Shown here: piece after piece, positions 18,839-28,602 of the stretch
Position numbering within the stretch: position 1 is the stretch's first letter
Layout of the letters: every line of letters starts with the position of its first letter
Source: a virus
Taxonomy: Duplodnaviria; Caudoviricetes
Direction: 5' to 3' (one strand)
Length of the DNA stretch: 35,962 nt
IMG/VR virus record: IMGVR_UViG_3300032024_000154
Coordinates: 1 to 35,962 of that record
The notes under the pieces: generated by a model
Databases searched by the model: none
Told to the model about the DNA's origin: nothing
Seen by the model: the letters and a program-made list of their open reading frames with translations, nothing else
Position numbers and translations under genes: made by a program

Positions 18839-19723
18839 TTAAAACGGCCTGTGAGCCGCCGAAGGGCCTTGGACTAGGGTTTCATCGTCCTTGGGTCGAA
18901 TCGGTGCTGTGAAACGTTGTGCGGGCGTTACAGCGGCCAAATCAGCCCCAAACGTTTCCTGCCATGCGGCCATGGCGTTCGGGTCGGCGAATTTGTAGGC
19001 GCCGGAAATGATGCCGGCGGCGGTTGCGCGGCTGACGCCGAGGCATTCCCCTATGTACCCGGGCTTGAACTTTTGCGAATGCAGCACATGAACCTTGCGC
19101 ACGAGATCAGCCGACGGTGCGTTGCAGCGTAGCGCGCGTTCGCGCGGCAAAGTCATGGCACCAAAGGTTTGCTGCCAGGCAACAAACGTTTCCTGGTCAA
19201 AGTTTGCATAACCTCCTGTGATGACGCGCGACACGGTGCTTTTTGACACCCCCGTGCTTTTTGCAATTTCCCGGCGCTCGCGGCGCTCCCTGAATTGCCG
19301 ATGGATTTCGCGCACCAGTTCCGGCGTGACGCTCCTGCGGACCAACCCCGAAGCCAGGGCGCCAGCATTCACAGGCCCCGCGCTCATCGCCCGCGACCAT
19401 TCCGCAGTCCAGGCTCCGTGCAGGATCGACACGCGCTTCATGGCGGCGTGATACGTGTCGAGGTGCGCATACAGGTCAACCAGCACCATCTTCATCTTGC
19501 CGGGCGCAACCAAAAAGGTTTCCCGCATGAGGCGGTCACGGGCGCGCTGCAGGCCGAGCTTTTCACGGCGTCCCGTGAAATACATCGCCCAGCGGTGCGG
19601 CCAGCTCATGCACAGCGCCTCCATCAGGCTGCGCAGGTCAATCAGCGTGCCGTGGCTCTCATCGCGAACCAGCCACAAGGGGTGCTTGCAGCCGGGCATG
19701 TCGAAGGGCTCGTACTGTGTCAT
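18839..19723 (-). CDS. putative DNA-binding protein with two tandem HTH repeats (294 aa)
   Basis: ATGA overlap at 19723; repeats EIAKSTGVSKSTVSRVITG..WQQTFGA and IGECLGVSRATAAGIISG..WQETFGA. Confidence 0.75.
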   Translation of the reverse strand: MTQYEPFDMPGCKHPLWLVRDESHGTLIDLRSLMEALCMSWPHRWAMYFTGRREKLGLQRARDRLMRETFLVAPGKMKMVLVDLYAHLDTYHAAMKRVSILHGAWTAEWSRAMSAGPVNAGALASGLVRRSVTPELVREIHRQFRERRERREIAKSTGVSKSTVSRVITGGYANFDQETFVAWQQTFGAMTLPRERALRCNAPSADLVRKVHVLHSQKFKPGYIGECLGVSRATAAGIISGAYKFADPNAMAAWQETFGADLAAVTPAQRFTAPIRPKDDETLVQGPSAAHRPF

Positions 19724-19938
19724 GCCGGCGCTCTCAGGGGATCGTGCTCCCCGCAGATCGCAAACGCAGTAACAAAGAAGCCGCCTTTCATGCAACGCCA
19801 GCTCGATTTGTCCCAGGGCGGCATGCGCTCGACGACGCTCTCTTTGCCGTGCCTGCAGTTCGAGCAGCCCGCGCGGTCGCTGGAGCGCACGAACTGCTGG
19901 CGCTGCTTGGCCAGATCAAAGGTGCTGAGGCGGATCAT
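19720..19938 (-). CDS. small Cys-rich protein (72 aa)
   Basis: CSNC...C...C..H pattern; ATGA overlaps at both ends. Confidence 0.75.
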   Translation of the reverse strand: MIRLSTFDLAKQRQQFVRSSDRAGCSNCRHGKESVVERMPPWDKSSWRCMKGGFFVTAFAICGEHDPLRAPA

Positions 19939-20456
19939 GGCCGGCCGTCCTGGCGGTTTGTGAACACCACGCCGCAGCGCACTGGATTGCCGTTTCCTTT
20001 GGCGCACCACTCCACCCACGCGATGAGCGCGTCGATCTGGCCGGTCTCGCCTGCTGCCTCGGGCACGCCCGGCACGAGCAGCCTGCCTTCGTCTTGGCCC
20101 TGGCCGTGTCGCGCCAGGACGCCAACCACTTCACGCAGCTTAGTGTCGATGCCGGTGGCGAAGCTGAGCGCGCCCTCGGGCATCTTGCGGCCGAACTCGA
20201 TCAGGCCGGACTGCCAGGCCCAGGCCCGCACCGGCTCGGCCAGCAGCCGCCAGTGCGAAACGTTGTGGTCGTCGCTGCTCAGGTTCTTCAGTCGTTCCGC
20301 GCGAAGAAAGGATTGGCCATACAGCTTCTGGCCCATGCGCTCGGCCGCCTGGCGTTCGCCGCAGGTGCAGCTGGCTTTGACGCCACCAATGGAGTTGGTC
20401 TGATAGGTGCCGTTGTTCTGCCGGACGATGATGTCTGTTGTGTTGCAGGTCATCAT
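19935..20456 (-). CDS. hypothetical phage early protein (173 aa)
   Basis: ATGA-coupled; [10 protein letters not shown]...P.GAL and LLVPGVPEA motifs. Confidence 0.75.
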   Translation of the reverse strand: MMTCNTTDIIVRQNNGTYQTNSIGGVKASCTCGERQAAERMGQKLYGQSFLRAERLKNLSSDDHNVSHWRLLAEPVRAWAWQSGLIEFGRKMPEGALSFATGIDTKLREVVGVLARHGQGQDEGRLLVPGVPEAAGETGQIDALIAWVEWCAKGNGNPVRCGVVFTNRQDGRP

Positions 20457-21013
20457 GCAGGCCTCCAGACGTTCCGATTCGCGCCCTCGACCAACTGTCT
20501 AAACCGGGTCAAAAACACCCTGCGGGCCGTATGCACGGGTACCGGAACGAGGATCCCGTTAATCGGTTGAATGCCTGGGATCGTCTCCCACTCCCATACA
20601 TCGCCGTGGCACGGCATCAGGTCGCGCTGCTCAGTGGCCATGGCGATCAGGTCTGCGCGCTTGACGTCTGGCGGCAGATCTGCAGGCAGGCCAAAGCGGC
20701 CCAGCACCGCAGCCTCGACACGCCGCTCGATGGCCTTGTATTCCGGCAGCAGGCGCTTGAGCGGCGCCGACACGTCGCCGATAAACGCCTCGGCCGCGTC
20801 GTGCAGCAGGCCCGCCAACGCGTTTTCTGGCGCCACCAGGTAAGACACCAGCACCGAATGCTCTGCGACGCTGTAAAACTCGCTGGTGTGGCCGGTGTAG
20901 CGGCAGATGTGCGAGAGGGCGTGGGCAATGGTTTCGATGTCGAACACGCTGTTCTCGGGCTCCAGGAAGTTGAAGTAATTCCCGCCGCTGGTCAGGATGT
21001 CGGGCCGCATCAT
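20453..21013 (-). CDS. HD-domain phosphohydrolase (YfbR-like nucleotidase)
   Basis: [34 protein letters not shown] motifs. Confidence 0.9.
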   Translation of the reverse strand: MMRPDILTSGGNYFNFLEPENSVFDIETIAHALSHICRYTGHTSEFYSVAEHSVLVSYLVAPENALAGLLHDAAEAFIGDVSAPLKRLLPEYKAIERRVEAAVLGRFGLPADLPPDVKRADLIAMATEQRDLMPCHGDVWEWETIPGIQPINGILVPVPVHTARRVFLTRFRQLVEGANRNVWRPA

Positions 21014-21543
21014 GCAGCCTCCGCTTCTGTTTCATCTTCAACGCCCTTGAGCAGGGCCTTAACCAACTTATCAACGCCGGCGGTGCTGTCGGTCACAAAC
21101 ACCACGTCGCCGGTCTCTTCCACGCTGACGCCGAGTTTTTTGAGCTCGGCCACGCTCAGGTTGGCCAGCGCGGCCTTGACGGGTTTTTCGGTGGTCTTGC
21201 AGAGCACGTCGAACTGCTCGGGGAAGTGGCGCCGGATCAGCTTGACGACCTGGGCGTCGTCTTCCCAGTCGATCTTGCCCTTGCCCTTTTGGTAGCCGAG
21301 CTTGAGGCCGTGCAGCACCACGCTGCGCGGTTTCCGGAACAGCTCGGGGGCGTGGTCAATGGCGGCCTTGAGGTCGGCGTCGGCCTGGGCGACATTGGCC
21401 ACGGCGCTGCGCAGGCCTGGCAGCTTGCGCCGTGTGGCGGCCTCGATCTCGGCCTGCAACGTGGTGGCGCGCTCGGTGAGCACGTCACGCGCGCCGCGCA
21501 GGCGCTTGGCGGAATTTTCTATAGGGTCGAACGTGTGGATCAT
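21010..21543 (-). CDS. gam: Gam-like host-nuclease inhibitor
   Basis: coiled N-half, [20 protein letters not shown].....ELKKLGV motifs; AAAGG RBS before ATG 21543. Confidence 0.75.
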   Translation of the reverse strand: MIHTFDPIENSAKRLRGARDVLTERATTLQAEIEAATRRKLPGLRSAVANVAQADADLKAAIDHAPELFRKPRSVVLHGLKLGYQKGKGKIDWEDDAQVVKLIRRHFPEQFDVLCKTTEKPVKAALANLSVAELKKLGVSVEETGDVVFVTDSTAGVDKLVKALLKGVEDETEAEAA

Positions 21544-21587
21544 GGCGATGGGCCTTTCTGGGTGAGTTGAAGAGGGGGACCGGAAAA

Positions 21588-21827
21588 TCAATGCACCTGC
21601 GCATCGGCGGGGCGCTCCAGCGCCGCGCGCGCCAGGCGTTGGTGGGTAAGCAGCGTTGCCTTGCTGGCAGGGCCGGTGCAGCAGCTGTGGACCTCTGCCA
21701 CGACGGTGTAGAGGGTCAGCAGTGCTTCGAGCATGAGGCTGTGCGGCTCGCCTTCACACGCTTGTGAGAGTTTTAGCGCCAGGGCTTTCACCTGTTTTTT
21801 GCGCTGGTCAAGTTCTTGTTGACTCAT
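21588..21827 (-). CDS. hypothetical protein (79 aa)
   Basis: GGAG RBS, operon packing. Confidence 0.7.
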   Translation of the reverse strand: MSQQELDQRKKQVKALALKLSQACEGEPHSLMLEALLTLYTVVAEVHSCCTGPASKATLLTHQRLARAALERPADAQVH

Positions 21828-21842
21828 GGGAGTTGCTCCGGG

Positions 21843-22076
21843 TTAATGCAGTAGAGCGCTGGCAATGACTGGCTCCGTGCCATCACGCCAGACGAGGGCG
21901 GCGCCGATCTGCAGCAGCTGCTCGCCGGCTTCGTGGCGCAGGCCGTGCAGCGTGACCAGGTGGAGGTAGGCCACCAGCAGCGCGTTGAGCTGGACGACAA
22001 CCGGGTCGAGCTTGACGGCGTCGCGCAGCCGGGCTTCGGCGGCGAGCGTGGCCGTGGCGGTTTCAGTCCTGTTCAT
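21843..22076 (-). CDS. hypothetical protein (77 aa)
   Basis: AGGAGAGG RBS, ATGA overlap. Confidence 0.7.
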   Translation of the reverse strand: MNRTETATATLAAEARLRDAVKLDPVVVQLNALLVAYLHLVTLHGLRHEAGEQLLQIGAALVWRDGTEPVIASALLH

Positions 22077-22519
22077 GCGCCCTCTCCTTGCACGCCCGCC
22101 CAGAAAGGAACGCTGTGGCTGCTTATGAGGCTGGGATGGGCCTGGTGGTCAAACGCGCCGGCGCGGTAGGCCTCCGGCGCGGGCTGGTACGGCGGGGCAT
22201 GCAGCACGTCGATCTGGCGCGGCGGCACGACTGGGCCTGGCGTCCAGCCGTCTTTGGTGGCTGCCGCGGTCAGCGGCGCGGCGGGCCGGTCGAGCAGCGC
22301 CGTGGCCTTATTGGTCAGACTCCAGACGCCTTCGTGGGTAGAGCCCGAATTGACCAGCCAGCCGTCTGCCCTGAGGCTGGTCAGCTTGTGCCGGAACTGG
22401 TTGATGTGCTCGCCGGCGCCCTCAAACACCGAGAACAGCGCAAAGGCCGCGACCGGCTGATGCCGACGTATGCAGGCCAGCAGCGCCAGGGTGGCTGGGG
22501 CGACGTCGCCGCGCCTCAT
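22073..22519 (-). CDS. hypothetical protein, winged-helix-like N-part (148 aa)
   Basis: ATGA overlap at 22519; L..LR..GWL...W.LT pattern. Confidence 0.65.
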   Translation of the reverse strand: MRRGDVAPATLALLACIRRHQPVAAFALFSVFEGAGEHINQFRHKLTSLRADGWLVNSGSTHEGVWSLTNKATALLDRPAAPLTAAATKDGWTPGPVVPPRQIDVLHAPPYQPAPEAYRAGAFDHQAHPSLISSHSVPFWAGVQGEGA

Positions 22520-22689
22520 GCCGCCCACCAGCTCACCATGGCCGCGGCCAGGCAAAAAGCGATGATGATGGCCAGCGCCCAGTCGGCCAGGTACTCATGT
22601 CTGTTGCCGGGGCGGGTGACGGCGCAGGCGTAGTCGGCGCCGAACGGAAAGGCCTCGTCAAGCGTGCGCGGGTGTTTGCGTGTGGTCAT
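22516..22689 (-). CDS. small membrane protein (57 aa; MTTRKHPRTLDEAFPFG...), absent from ORF track
   Basis: AAAGGAG RBS; C-terminal TM helix; ATGA overlap with next gene; translated by hand. Confidence 0.75.
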   Translation of the reverse strand: MTTRKHPRTLDEAFPFGADYACAVTRPGNRHEYLADWALAIIIAFCLAAAMVSWWAA

Positions 22690-22701
22690 GGTTCGGCTCC
22701 T

Positions 22702-23853
22702 TTAGCAGTGGCTGATGACTTGCGCATCAACCTGCGGCCAGCCGGCCAGGCAGGCGGCGTTCATGGCGCGGCAGACCAGGTTGTTGACGACCAGGGGGAA
22801 GCACAGGCTGCGCGCGTCGCTGGGCTTGCCGCCGCGCGGGCGATGGATCAGGCGCTCACGCATGGCGTCGGCGGCGTCAGGGGCCAGCACGTCTTCGTAC
22901 TTCAGGTCGAAACGCGCGAACTTGTGCTTGAGGTAGGCTTCGAGCTCGCCGTCAAGCGCTTCGAGCTCGACCACTTCGCAGCGCTGCATCACTTCGCGCA
23001 CCTCGGCGTTGTGGCTGCCAAGGCGCTCGCGCAGCTCGGGCTGGCCTATCAGCGCAATGCCGAGCAGGCGCTGCATGCCGTCTTTGAGCTCCAGGAAGCG
23101 CTTGAGGTGCTTGAGCGTGGCGGTCGGCAGGCAATGGGCTTCCTCGATCAGCAGCAGGTGCCTGCGGCCGGCGGCGCGGCTGGCCTTGAGCAGCGCATGC
23201 ACCTGGGCAAAGCGGGCCTGCGGGCTTGAGCGCACGCTGGCGGATGGGTCGAGCGCGGCAATCAGCGCCTCTGCAATGTGGCCGCTTTTGAGCGTCTTGC
23301 CTTTGGCATCGGTGGCTTCCATGGCCAGCACGTAGGGGCGGATGATCAGCACGTCGCGCTTGTCCATCTTGATGCGCTCTTCCAGGTCTTCGGCCAGCGT
23401 GGTCTTGCCCGCGCCGCTCTCGCCGACGATGGCGACAAAGCCGTGGTGGTTGGCGGCGTCGAGCAGCGTGGCGCGCACGTAGCGCACGCTGGCGGTCTGG
23501 AACACGTCGTCAACGCTTTGCACGTCATCGACGAAGGGGTTGCGCGGCAGCTTGAAATGTTTTCGGGCCTCTGGCGTGAGGGCAACGTTTTGCAGTAGCA
23601 TGGCATCTTCCTTTTTGGTTTCTGTTTCGGGAACTGAGGGAACGGCCCCGGTGAGTTGCACGCTCACCGGGGCCAACTTTTTTTGCTCGCGCAAAAATTG
23701 GGTAACGCTGGACCTGGCTTGCGCCGTGCGGCGCGCCGGCCAGGCGCCATGCGTGCAGATGCGGCTGACGGCCGAGCGGGACAGGCCGGTGGCGCGGCTC
23801 AGGTCGCGCTGCGTAAGGCCGAGCTTTTGCAGGGAGGCGGCGACGGGCTTCAT
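22702..23853 (-). CDS. MuB-like transposition ATPase (ExeA-type AAA+) with N-terminal HTH
   Basis: Walker A GESGAGKT, Walker B LLIEEAH, LIGQPEL; ATGA overlap with transposase. Confidence 0.92.
   Translation of the reverse strand: MKPVAASLQKLGLTQRDLSRATGLSRSAVSRICTHGAWPARRTAQARSSVTQFLREQKKLAPVSVQLTGAVPSVPETETKKEDAMLLQNVALTPEARKHFKLPRNPFVDDVQSVDDVFQTASVRYVRATLLDAANHHGFVAIVGESGAGKTTLAEDLEERIKMDKRDVLIIRPYVLAMEATDAKGKTLKSGHIAEALIAALDPSASVRSSPQARFAQVHALLKASRAAGRRHLLLIEEAHCLPTATLKHLKRFLELKDGMQRLLGIALIGQPELRERLGSHNAEVREVMQRCEVVELEALDGELEAYLKHKFARFDLKYEDVLAPDAADAMRERLIHRPRGGKPSDARSLCFPLVVNNLVCRAMNAACLAGWPQVDAQVISHC
23644..23684 (+). terminator. intrinsic terminator-like hairpin, antisense inside ATPase gene
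   Basis: GGCCCCGGTGAG-N7-CTCACCGGGGCC followed by AAC and T7. Confidence 0.6.
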
Positions 23854-25643
23854 GAGGCAACTCCTCCGGCCACTACGCGCAGACCGGCGCGTACCGCTAG
23901 CTTGGCGTGCAGGGCCTCCATTTCGTCTTCAGGCACGCCGCCTGGGTGCCAGCCGCGCACCTGGGCATTCTTTTCAGGCGTCATGGCAACGCCCCTGGCG
24001 GTCAGCTCGCGGGCGGCCTCGAACAGGGTGAGGGTGCGCACCGGCAGCGGCGTGAGGCGGGTGGTGACGGTGGGCACCATGTCGGTCCCCCGGCGCGGCA
24101 GCACTGTGGGCAGCACGGTTTCCTGCATTTCCTTGAACGGCTTGATGCGCCCGCCAAACGGCACAGTCTTGAGGCGGCGCTTGGCCTCTGCCTCTTCGTC
24201 CGTGCCGGCGTCCATGGCGATGCGCTTGACCAGTTTGCGGTTGGTGTCGGCCAGGGTGTCGGCATGGCGCTTGTAGTCTTCGCCAATGACAGCGGCAGCA
24301 CCGTCGGTGCGGAAACCATCCTCGCCGCGGGTGACCATGGGCACGCTGTACAGCAGCTCATGGCCGTCTGCATCGGCGTCAACGATGCAGGCGCAGTTGG
24401 CGTCATAGGGGTTATAGGTGACCTTGAGCTTTTCGCCAACCATCACGCCGGGCACGGTGCTGACATCCACCTCGCGCCCCTTGAACGACAGGGTCAAGAA
24501 GTCGCTCACCACGCGCAGCTCGGGTTCGTGCGTGAGCAGCTCGCGGCACAGTTCAGCCGGTGGGGCAATGCGCAGCTGGTCTTCCTGTATCTGCAGCCAT
24601 TGCTGGGTGCGGGTCTTGCCGTGGCGGCTATGCACTTCGGTGGCGTTGTAGTAGCGGCACCAGTGGTAGGCGTTGGCGTTGAGCTCGTCCAGGCTGGCCA
24701 CGGCAACAACCAGCTTCAAGGCGGATTCGAACTGGCGCTCCACAATGTCCTGCGCCTTTTCCACCTGGCCGGTGGCGCGCGCATTGCCGGGGGCGTGGGC
24801 GATGGTTTGCACGTTCAGGCGGCGCGCCAGGTTGGTGAACAGGCCGCTGGTGTTGGCGCTGCCCATGTCCATCATCAAAATCCAGGGCACGCCATGGAAC
24901 GGGTCATCGGCGCGCTTTTGCGTTGCGGCGACAAAGCTCTCGGCCAGGTTGATGCCGCTCTCGGCACCCATGACATAGTGCAAGAAGATGCTGCCGCTGT
25001 TGTGGTCTGTGACCACATAGCGCCAGACCCGGTCGGCCTCGATGCGCTTCAAGTTGGCGGGCTTGTTTTTGTAGTACTTGTCTCGCTCCATGACCTGCAG
25101 GCCGGCCTCGGTGGCGGTGCGGGCGTTGAGGTAATAGAGAACGCAAAGGGAGGCGTCAATCTGCCACACGTGGTTGGGGTGCAGGCTGCGCAGCTCGACC
25201 GCGGGGGCCGCCTGCAGCAACTGGTCAGGGTGCAAGCCGTATGAACGCAGGGCGCGGCTGATGGCGCTGTCGCTCAAGGGGCGGATTTCGCCGGTTTGGG
25301 CGTCGGTGTATTCAGCCCGCGCCTCGCCGCTGGTGCGCAGCAGGCGCACGGCCCGGCCAATGGACAGCAGCCGCTTGGCGTTTTTGCGGTGGCTCTCCAT
25401 CAGCAGCGCGCTGATCAGGCGGGCCTCATTGAGGTCAAGGCTCACCTCGCCTGCATCGCTGCGCTGGCGGCGCTGCGGGCGCACGCTGACCTTTTGCATG
25501 TGGCGATACACCGTGGCCAGGGACCGGCCCGTTTCAGCGCACGCCTGGCGCATGACGTCCCCCTTGCTGCCGCGCTGGGTGCTGGCGGCATCTTGGGCCA
25601 CCTGTACCAGGCGCTGAATGGTTGGGGCGCTGATTGTGGCCAT
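23850..25643 (-). CDS. DDE transposase (MuA-like, 597 aa)
   Basis: R..RSDAG, PNHVWQIDAS (D), ILMMDMGS (D), ATGQVEK (E). Confidence 0.95.
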   Translation of the reverse strand: MATISAPTIQRLVQVAQDAASTQRGSKGDVMRQACAETGRSLATVYRHMQKVSVRPQRRQRSDAGEVSLDLNEARLISALLMESHRKNAKRLLSIGRAVRLLRTSGEARAEYTDAQTGEIRPLSDSAISRALRSYGLHPDQLLQAAPAVELRSLHPNHVWQIDASLCVLYYLNARTATEAGLQVMERDKYYKNKPANLKRIEADRVWRYVVTDHNSGSIFLHYVMGAESGINLAESFVAATQKRADDPFHGVPWILMMDMGSANTSGLFTNLARRLNVQTIAHAPGNARATGQVEKAQDIVERQFESALKLVVAVASLDELNANAYHWCRYYNATEVHSRHGKTRTQQWLQIQEDQLRIAPPAELCRELLTHEPELRVVSDFLTLSFKGREVDVSTVPGVMVGEKLKVTYNPYDANCACIVDADADGHELLYSVPMVTRGEDGFRTDGAAAVIGEDYKRHADTLADTNRKLVKRIAMDAGTDEEAEAKRRLKTVPFGGRIKPFKEMQETVLPTVLPRRGTDMVPTVTTRLTPLPVRTLTLFEAARELTARGVAMTPEKNAQVRGWHPGGVPEDEMEALHAKLAVRAGLRVVAGGVAS

Positions 25644-25646
25644 GGA

Positions 25647-26000
25647 TCATGCTTCCATCGCGGCAGCAAAGAGCCGATCAGCTTCAAGCTGGCCCATGGC
25701 GGCCGTGTAGGTGTCCAGCACCTTGTCCAAACACGTCCGATCAATCCGGCCTGCGTCAGCCAGGCCTTGCAGTGTGTGGGCGGCCTCGTGCAGCGCCAGT
25801 TCATGGTTGCTCGCCAGTTCGGACACCATGGAAACCATGTTGTCCAGATTGGCGAGTTGGCCCCACAGGTTCAGTCTGGCCGGACCGTCCAGGGTGTCGG
25901 GCGCATCGATGGCAGCTTTCATGCGTTCCAGGCTGGAGCCCACCAAAAACAGCAATGTGTCCAGGTGCGAGCGATACAACATGGGTTCTTGGGCACCCAT
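25647..26000 (-). CDS. hypothetical helical protein (117 aa)
   Basis: fills gap with 3-nt spacing on both sides. Confidence 0.65.
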   Translation of the reverse strand: MGAQEPMLYRSHLDTLLFLVGSSLERMKAAIDAPDTLDGPARLNLWGQLANLDNMVSMVSELASNHELALHEAAHTLQGLADAGRIDRTCLDKVLDTYTAAMGQLEADRLFAAAMEA

Positions 26001-26003
26001 GGC

Positions 26004-26915
26004 TTACGCCCCCACCTTCTTAGGCGCCCACTGGGCGGCGGCGGCGATGATGGCGGCGTCGGCCGCGTTGCTCACGTCGGGCAGATTGAATTCTTCGCGC
26101 AGCGCCGTCACGTCCGCCTGAACCTGCCCCACCAGCCCGGCCATGAAGACGCTGTGGTCTTCGTCACCGTGGTTTTTGATCTGAATCAGCGCCTGGCGCA
26201 GATGGCCGCGTATGACGCCCATGGCCTCACCCATGATCGCGGTGGACTCTTTCTGCAACTCCAGCAGCACCTCGTCCGGAGTGGCCTTGGCTATGTGACG
26301 GCTGAGCTTGTCGTTTTGCTTGTGCAGGTTGGCAACGAGCTTGTCGGTGGCGTCCTTTTCAAGCTTGGCCTCACGACAGGCCTTGCGCAACTCCTTCACG
26401 CTCATGGTGGCCACGTCGTCCAGGGCTAGTTCGCCAGTCTGGCCGGTCAGCTCCAGTTCTTCGATCTGGTCATCGTCCAGGATCAGCATTTCAAATAACT
26501 TTGATTGATTGCTTGCCGCCTTCAAAAGCTGCGACGTCGCAGCTTTTGGGAATTTGTTAGCCGCTTGCATGAATCGAACGGCAACGCTGGCATCTATGTT
26601 CAGCACCTCCAAACGTGCAAGAAAGTTTCCGTAGGCGCAAGCAGTTTTCAGCACACGCAAACCCTTTCCCACTTCCAGGCAGGACTCCACGCTTCTGCGC
26701 ATATTGATGCTGATGTCGCGCTGGATCAGGTCCGGGTCGGTGCAGTCGGCGGGCAGTGCGTAGCCCATCTGCAGGGCCATGGCGCGAACGGCGCTGTCAT
26801 GCTGGGCTGTCACAAGGGCAAATTCGTCCTGGTTGTGCATCAACTCTGCTGCCTTGCCGGGCAGCAGTTCTGGCATGTCGGCGGGGAGTTGAATGATTTC
26901 TTTTTTGCGTGCCAT
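26004..26915 (-). CDS. DUF3102-like protein of transposable phages (303 aa)
   Basis: EVGK.L..LK....G.F...L, A.RFMQAA.KF, LDDVATMSVKELR motifs; upstream of transposase. Confidence 0.8.
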   Translation of the reverse strand: MARKKEIIQLPADMPELLPGKAAELMHNQDEFALVTAQHDSAVRAMALQMGYALPADCTDPDLIQRDISINMRRSVESCLEVGKGLRVLKTACAYGNFLARLEVLNIDASVAVRFMQAANKFPKAATSQLLKAASNQSKLFEMLILDDDQIEELELTGQTGELALDDVATMSVKELRKACREAKLEKDATDKLVANLHKQNDKLSRHIAKATPDEVLLELQKESTAIMGEAMGVIRGHLRQALIQIKNHGDEDHSVFMAGLVGQVQADVTALREEFNLPDVSNAADAAIIAAAAQWAPKKVGA

Positions 26916-26948
26916 GGATATATCTTTCGTGGGTGGGTGGTGGGTGAG

Positions 26949-27248
26949 TTACAGGCCGGTCATGGACCGTTTGGAATCTGCTACGCGGGTTTCCAGCCGT
27001 TCAAAGTCGGCCAGCACGCGAAAACTGAGCCGGGCAAAGGCCGGCGTGGGGTAGAAGCGCCCGTTCTCGGCCTTGCGCGCCCAGCCCTTGGCCATGAGCA
27101 ACGCCAGAATGCGGGTGATGTTGGGCGCGGCGGTATTGAGCGCGGTCGCCAGGTCGGTGTTTCTGGCCCCGTGGGCGGCGTAGCCGCTCAGTGCTTCGAG
27201 CAGGTTGAGCACCAGCATCGCGCCCTTGTTGTCGTCGTCACGGCTCAT
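26949..27248 (-). CDS. IclR-type HTH DNA-binding protein (99 aa)
   Basis: L.LLEAL....G....DLA.AL......TR.L..L...GWA. Confidence 0.8.
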   Translation of the reverse strand: MSRDDDNKGAMLVLNLLEALSGYAAHGARNTDLATALNTAAPNITRILALLMAKGWARKAENGRFYPTPAFARLSFRVLADFERLETRVADSKRSMTGL

Positions 27249-27469
27249 GCGCACACCTCGTCGGCGATGGTGTCGAGCACTACGCGGCCCGGCAGCCAGT
27301 GGCGCCCGCCGCAGGGGCGCTGCTCCGCTGCCGTGGCGGCACGCTCCAGCAGGGCGGCCAGGGCGCGCAGCCCCTGGGGCGTGTATTCGGCGTCGATGAA
27401 CGGACCGCCGTCGAGCTGCACCAGGGGCTTTTCGAAGCGGGTGCGGGTGTAGGTGACCTTGATCTGCAT
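27245..27469 (-). CDS. hypothetical protein (74 aa)
   Basis: GGAG upstream, ATGA overlap downstream. Confidence 0.7.
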   Translation of the reverse strand: MQIKVTYTRTRFEKPLVQLDGGPFIDAEYTPQGLRALAALLERAATAAEQRPCGGRHWLPGRVVLDTIADEVCA

Positions 27470-27471
27470 GC

Positions 27472-27942
27472 TTAAAACTCCAGTTCTGGCGTGGCGTGCC
27501 GCTGCACGTTGGCCTGGTGGTAGGCCACCTGCTGCAGGTGGGCGGTGAGAGCGGCCAGGGTGGCGGCGGGGTCGGCCTGGCCGGGGTGGGCGTAAAAGTC
27601 GCTCAGCAGCTGCAGGGCGGCGGCAAAGCCGCTGTTGAACTCGACCATGTCGCACGGGCTGGCGGTGCGGCCGCTGGGCATGTCAATCACCAGCTTGCCG
27701 GCGCTGGTGGCCAGCCAAACGCTGGCGAAGTGGCAACCGCAGGCGTTTTCGTAGGCGGGCAGCAGCATAGCGGGGATGCGCCCGCTGGCCAGCCACTTGT
27801 ACAGGCTGTCGTGGCTGGTGCCCATGCGGTCGGCGATGCGCTCGATGGAAAGGTTCTGGCGCTGCTGGGCAAACTCCTTGCACAGGCGCAGCGCCTCGAC
27901 CAGGCTGAGCGGGCGCACGCGTTTCCAGTCGCGGCGCGTCAC
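27472..27942 (-). CDS. HTH regulatory protein, CII-like (156 aa)
   Basis: SIERIADRMG....LYKWLASGR.P HTH; GTG start after AAGGG. Confidence 0.75.
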   Translation of the reverse strand: MTRRDWKRVRPLSLVEALRLCKEFAQQRQNLSIERIADRMGTSHDSLYKWLASGRIPAMLLPAYENACGCHFASVWLATSAGKLVIDMPSGRTASPCDMVEFNSGFAAALQLLSDFYAHPGQADPAATLAALTAHLQQVAYHQANVQRHATPELEF

Positions 27943-28056
27943 TGGAAGGCCCTTCTGGCGGGGGTTGAATTGGCGTCCAAACAAATGGGCTGGCTGGGGC
28001 TGGTGCTTTGGCGCTGGCGGGCCAACAATGAGCCCTCAGCAACAGAAGGAGACACC

Positions 28057-28323
28057 ATGAACGACCGAGACTTCGACGAACTGGCCGGGCGCATTGAAGG
28101 CGTGGCCAGGGCGGTATTGATACTGGCGCAAATGATGGAGAGTGAGACTTGCATGGACGGCCTCACGCTGTCTCGGCGGTGGCGGGAGTCTGTGCCGCTG
28201 CCAGCCGATGCCGGCAGTCTTGGCACAGCGCGCAAGACCCTGCAAGAGCTGGCACAGCGTTTGGACGACGCACGTAGTCGCCACCAAGAATTGGTGCGTA
28301 AGGCAAGGCAGTCTCAGGATTGA
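28057..28323 (+). CDS. small helical accessory protein (88 aa), antisense to early operon
   Basis: AAGGAG RBS before ATG 28057; amphipathic helical sequence. Confidence 0.75.
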   Translation: MNDRDFDELAGRIEGVARAVLILAQMMESETCMDGLTLSRRWRESVPLPADAGSLGTARKTLQELAQRLDDARSRHQELVRKARQSQD

Positions 28324-28591
28324 AGCCGTGCTCGTCAAGCGGTTCGGCTGGCACCGCCGGACACAGCCTGGCAAGCAGGGCGCGCAGAGCTTGCGGGCGC
28401 GCTGCGCGACCTGCCATCAGCGCGTCCGAGAGCGCGCCGGCCTGGCCGGGCGTGAGGTGGCTGGGCGGCAAGCTGGCGGTGACCAGCGCGCCCCAGAGTT
28501 CAAGCGCCTCGGCCGGGCTCAATGGGCCGTTGCTGACGCACTCTTGGGAGCCGTCGGGCTGGGGCGTGGTGGGGATAGTGGGTGTGCTCAT
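28163..28591 (-). CDS. hypothetical protein; 3' part overlaps the + strand gene
   Basis: CA-rich leader + AAAG before ATG; helical N-part plausible, C-part is antisense of 28057-28323. Confidence 0.45.
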   Translation of the reverse strand: MSTPTIPTTPQPDGSQECVSNGPLSPAEALELWGALVTASLPPSHLTPGQAGALSDALMAGRAARPQALRALLARLCPAVPAEPLDEHGFNPETALPYAPILGGDYVRRPNAVPALAGSCALCQDCRHRLAAAQTPATAETA

Positions 28592-28602
28592 GGGTTCTTT
28601 AC

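Noticed and set aside
20453-21013. HD hydrolase as DatZ of a Z-base (2-aminoadenine) pathway
   Set aside because: No purZ, mazZ or polymerase in the window; this HD family is common in temperate phages.
23907-27452. Long + strand ORFs opposite transposase and DUF3102-like genes
   Set aside because: Shadow ORFs with no independent support.
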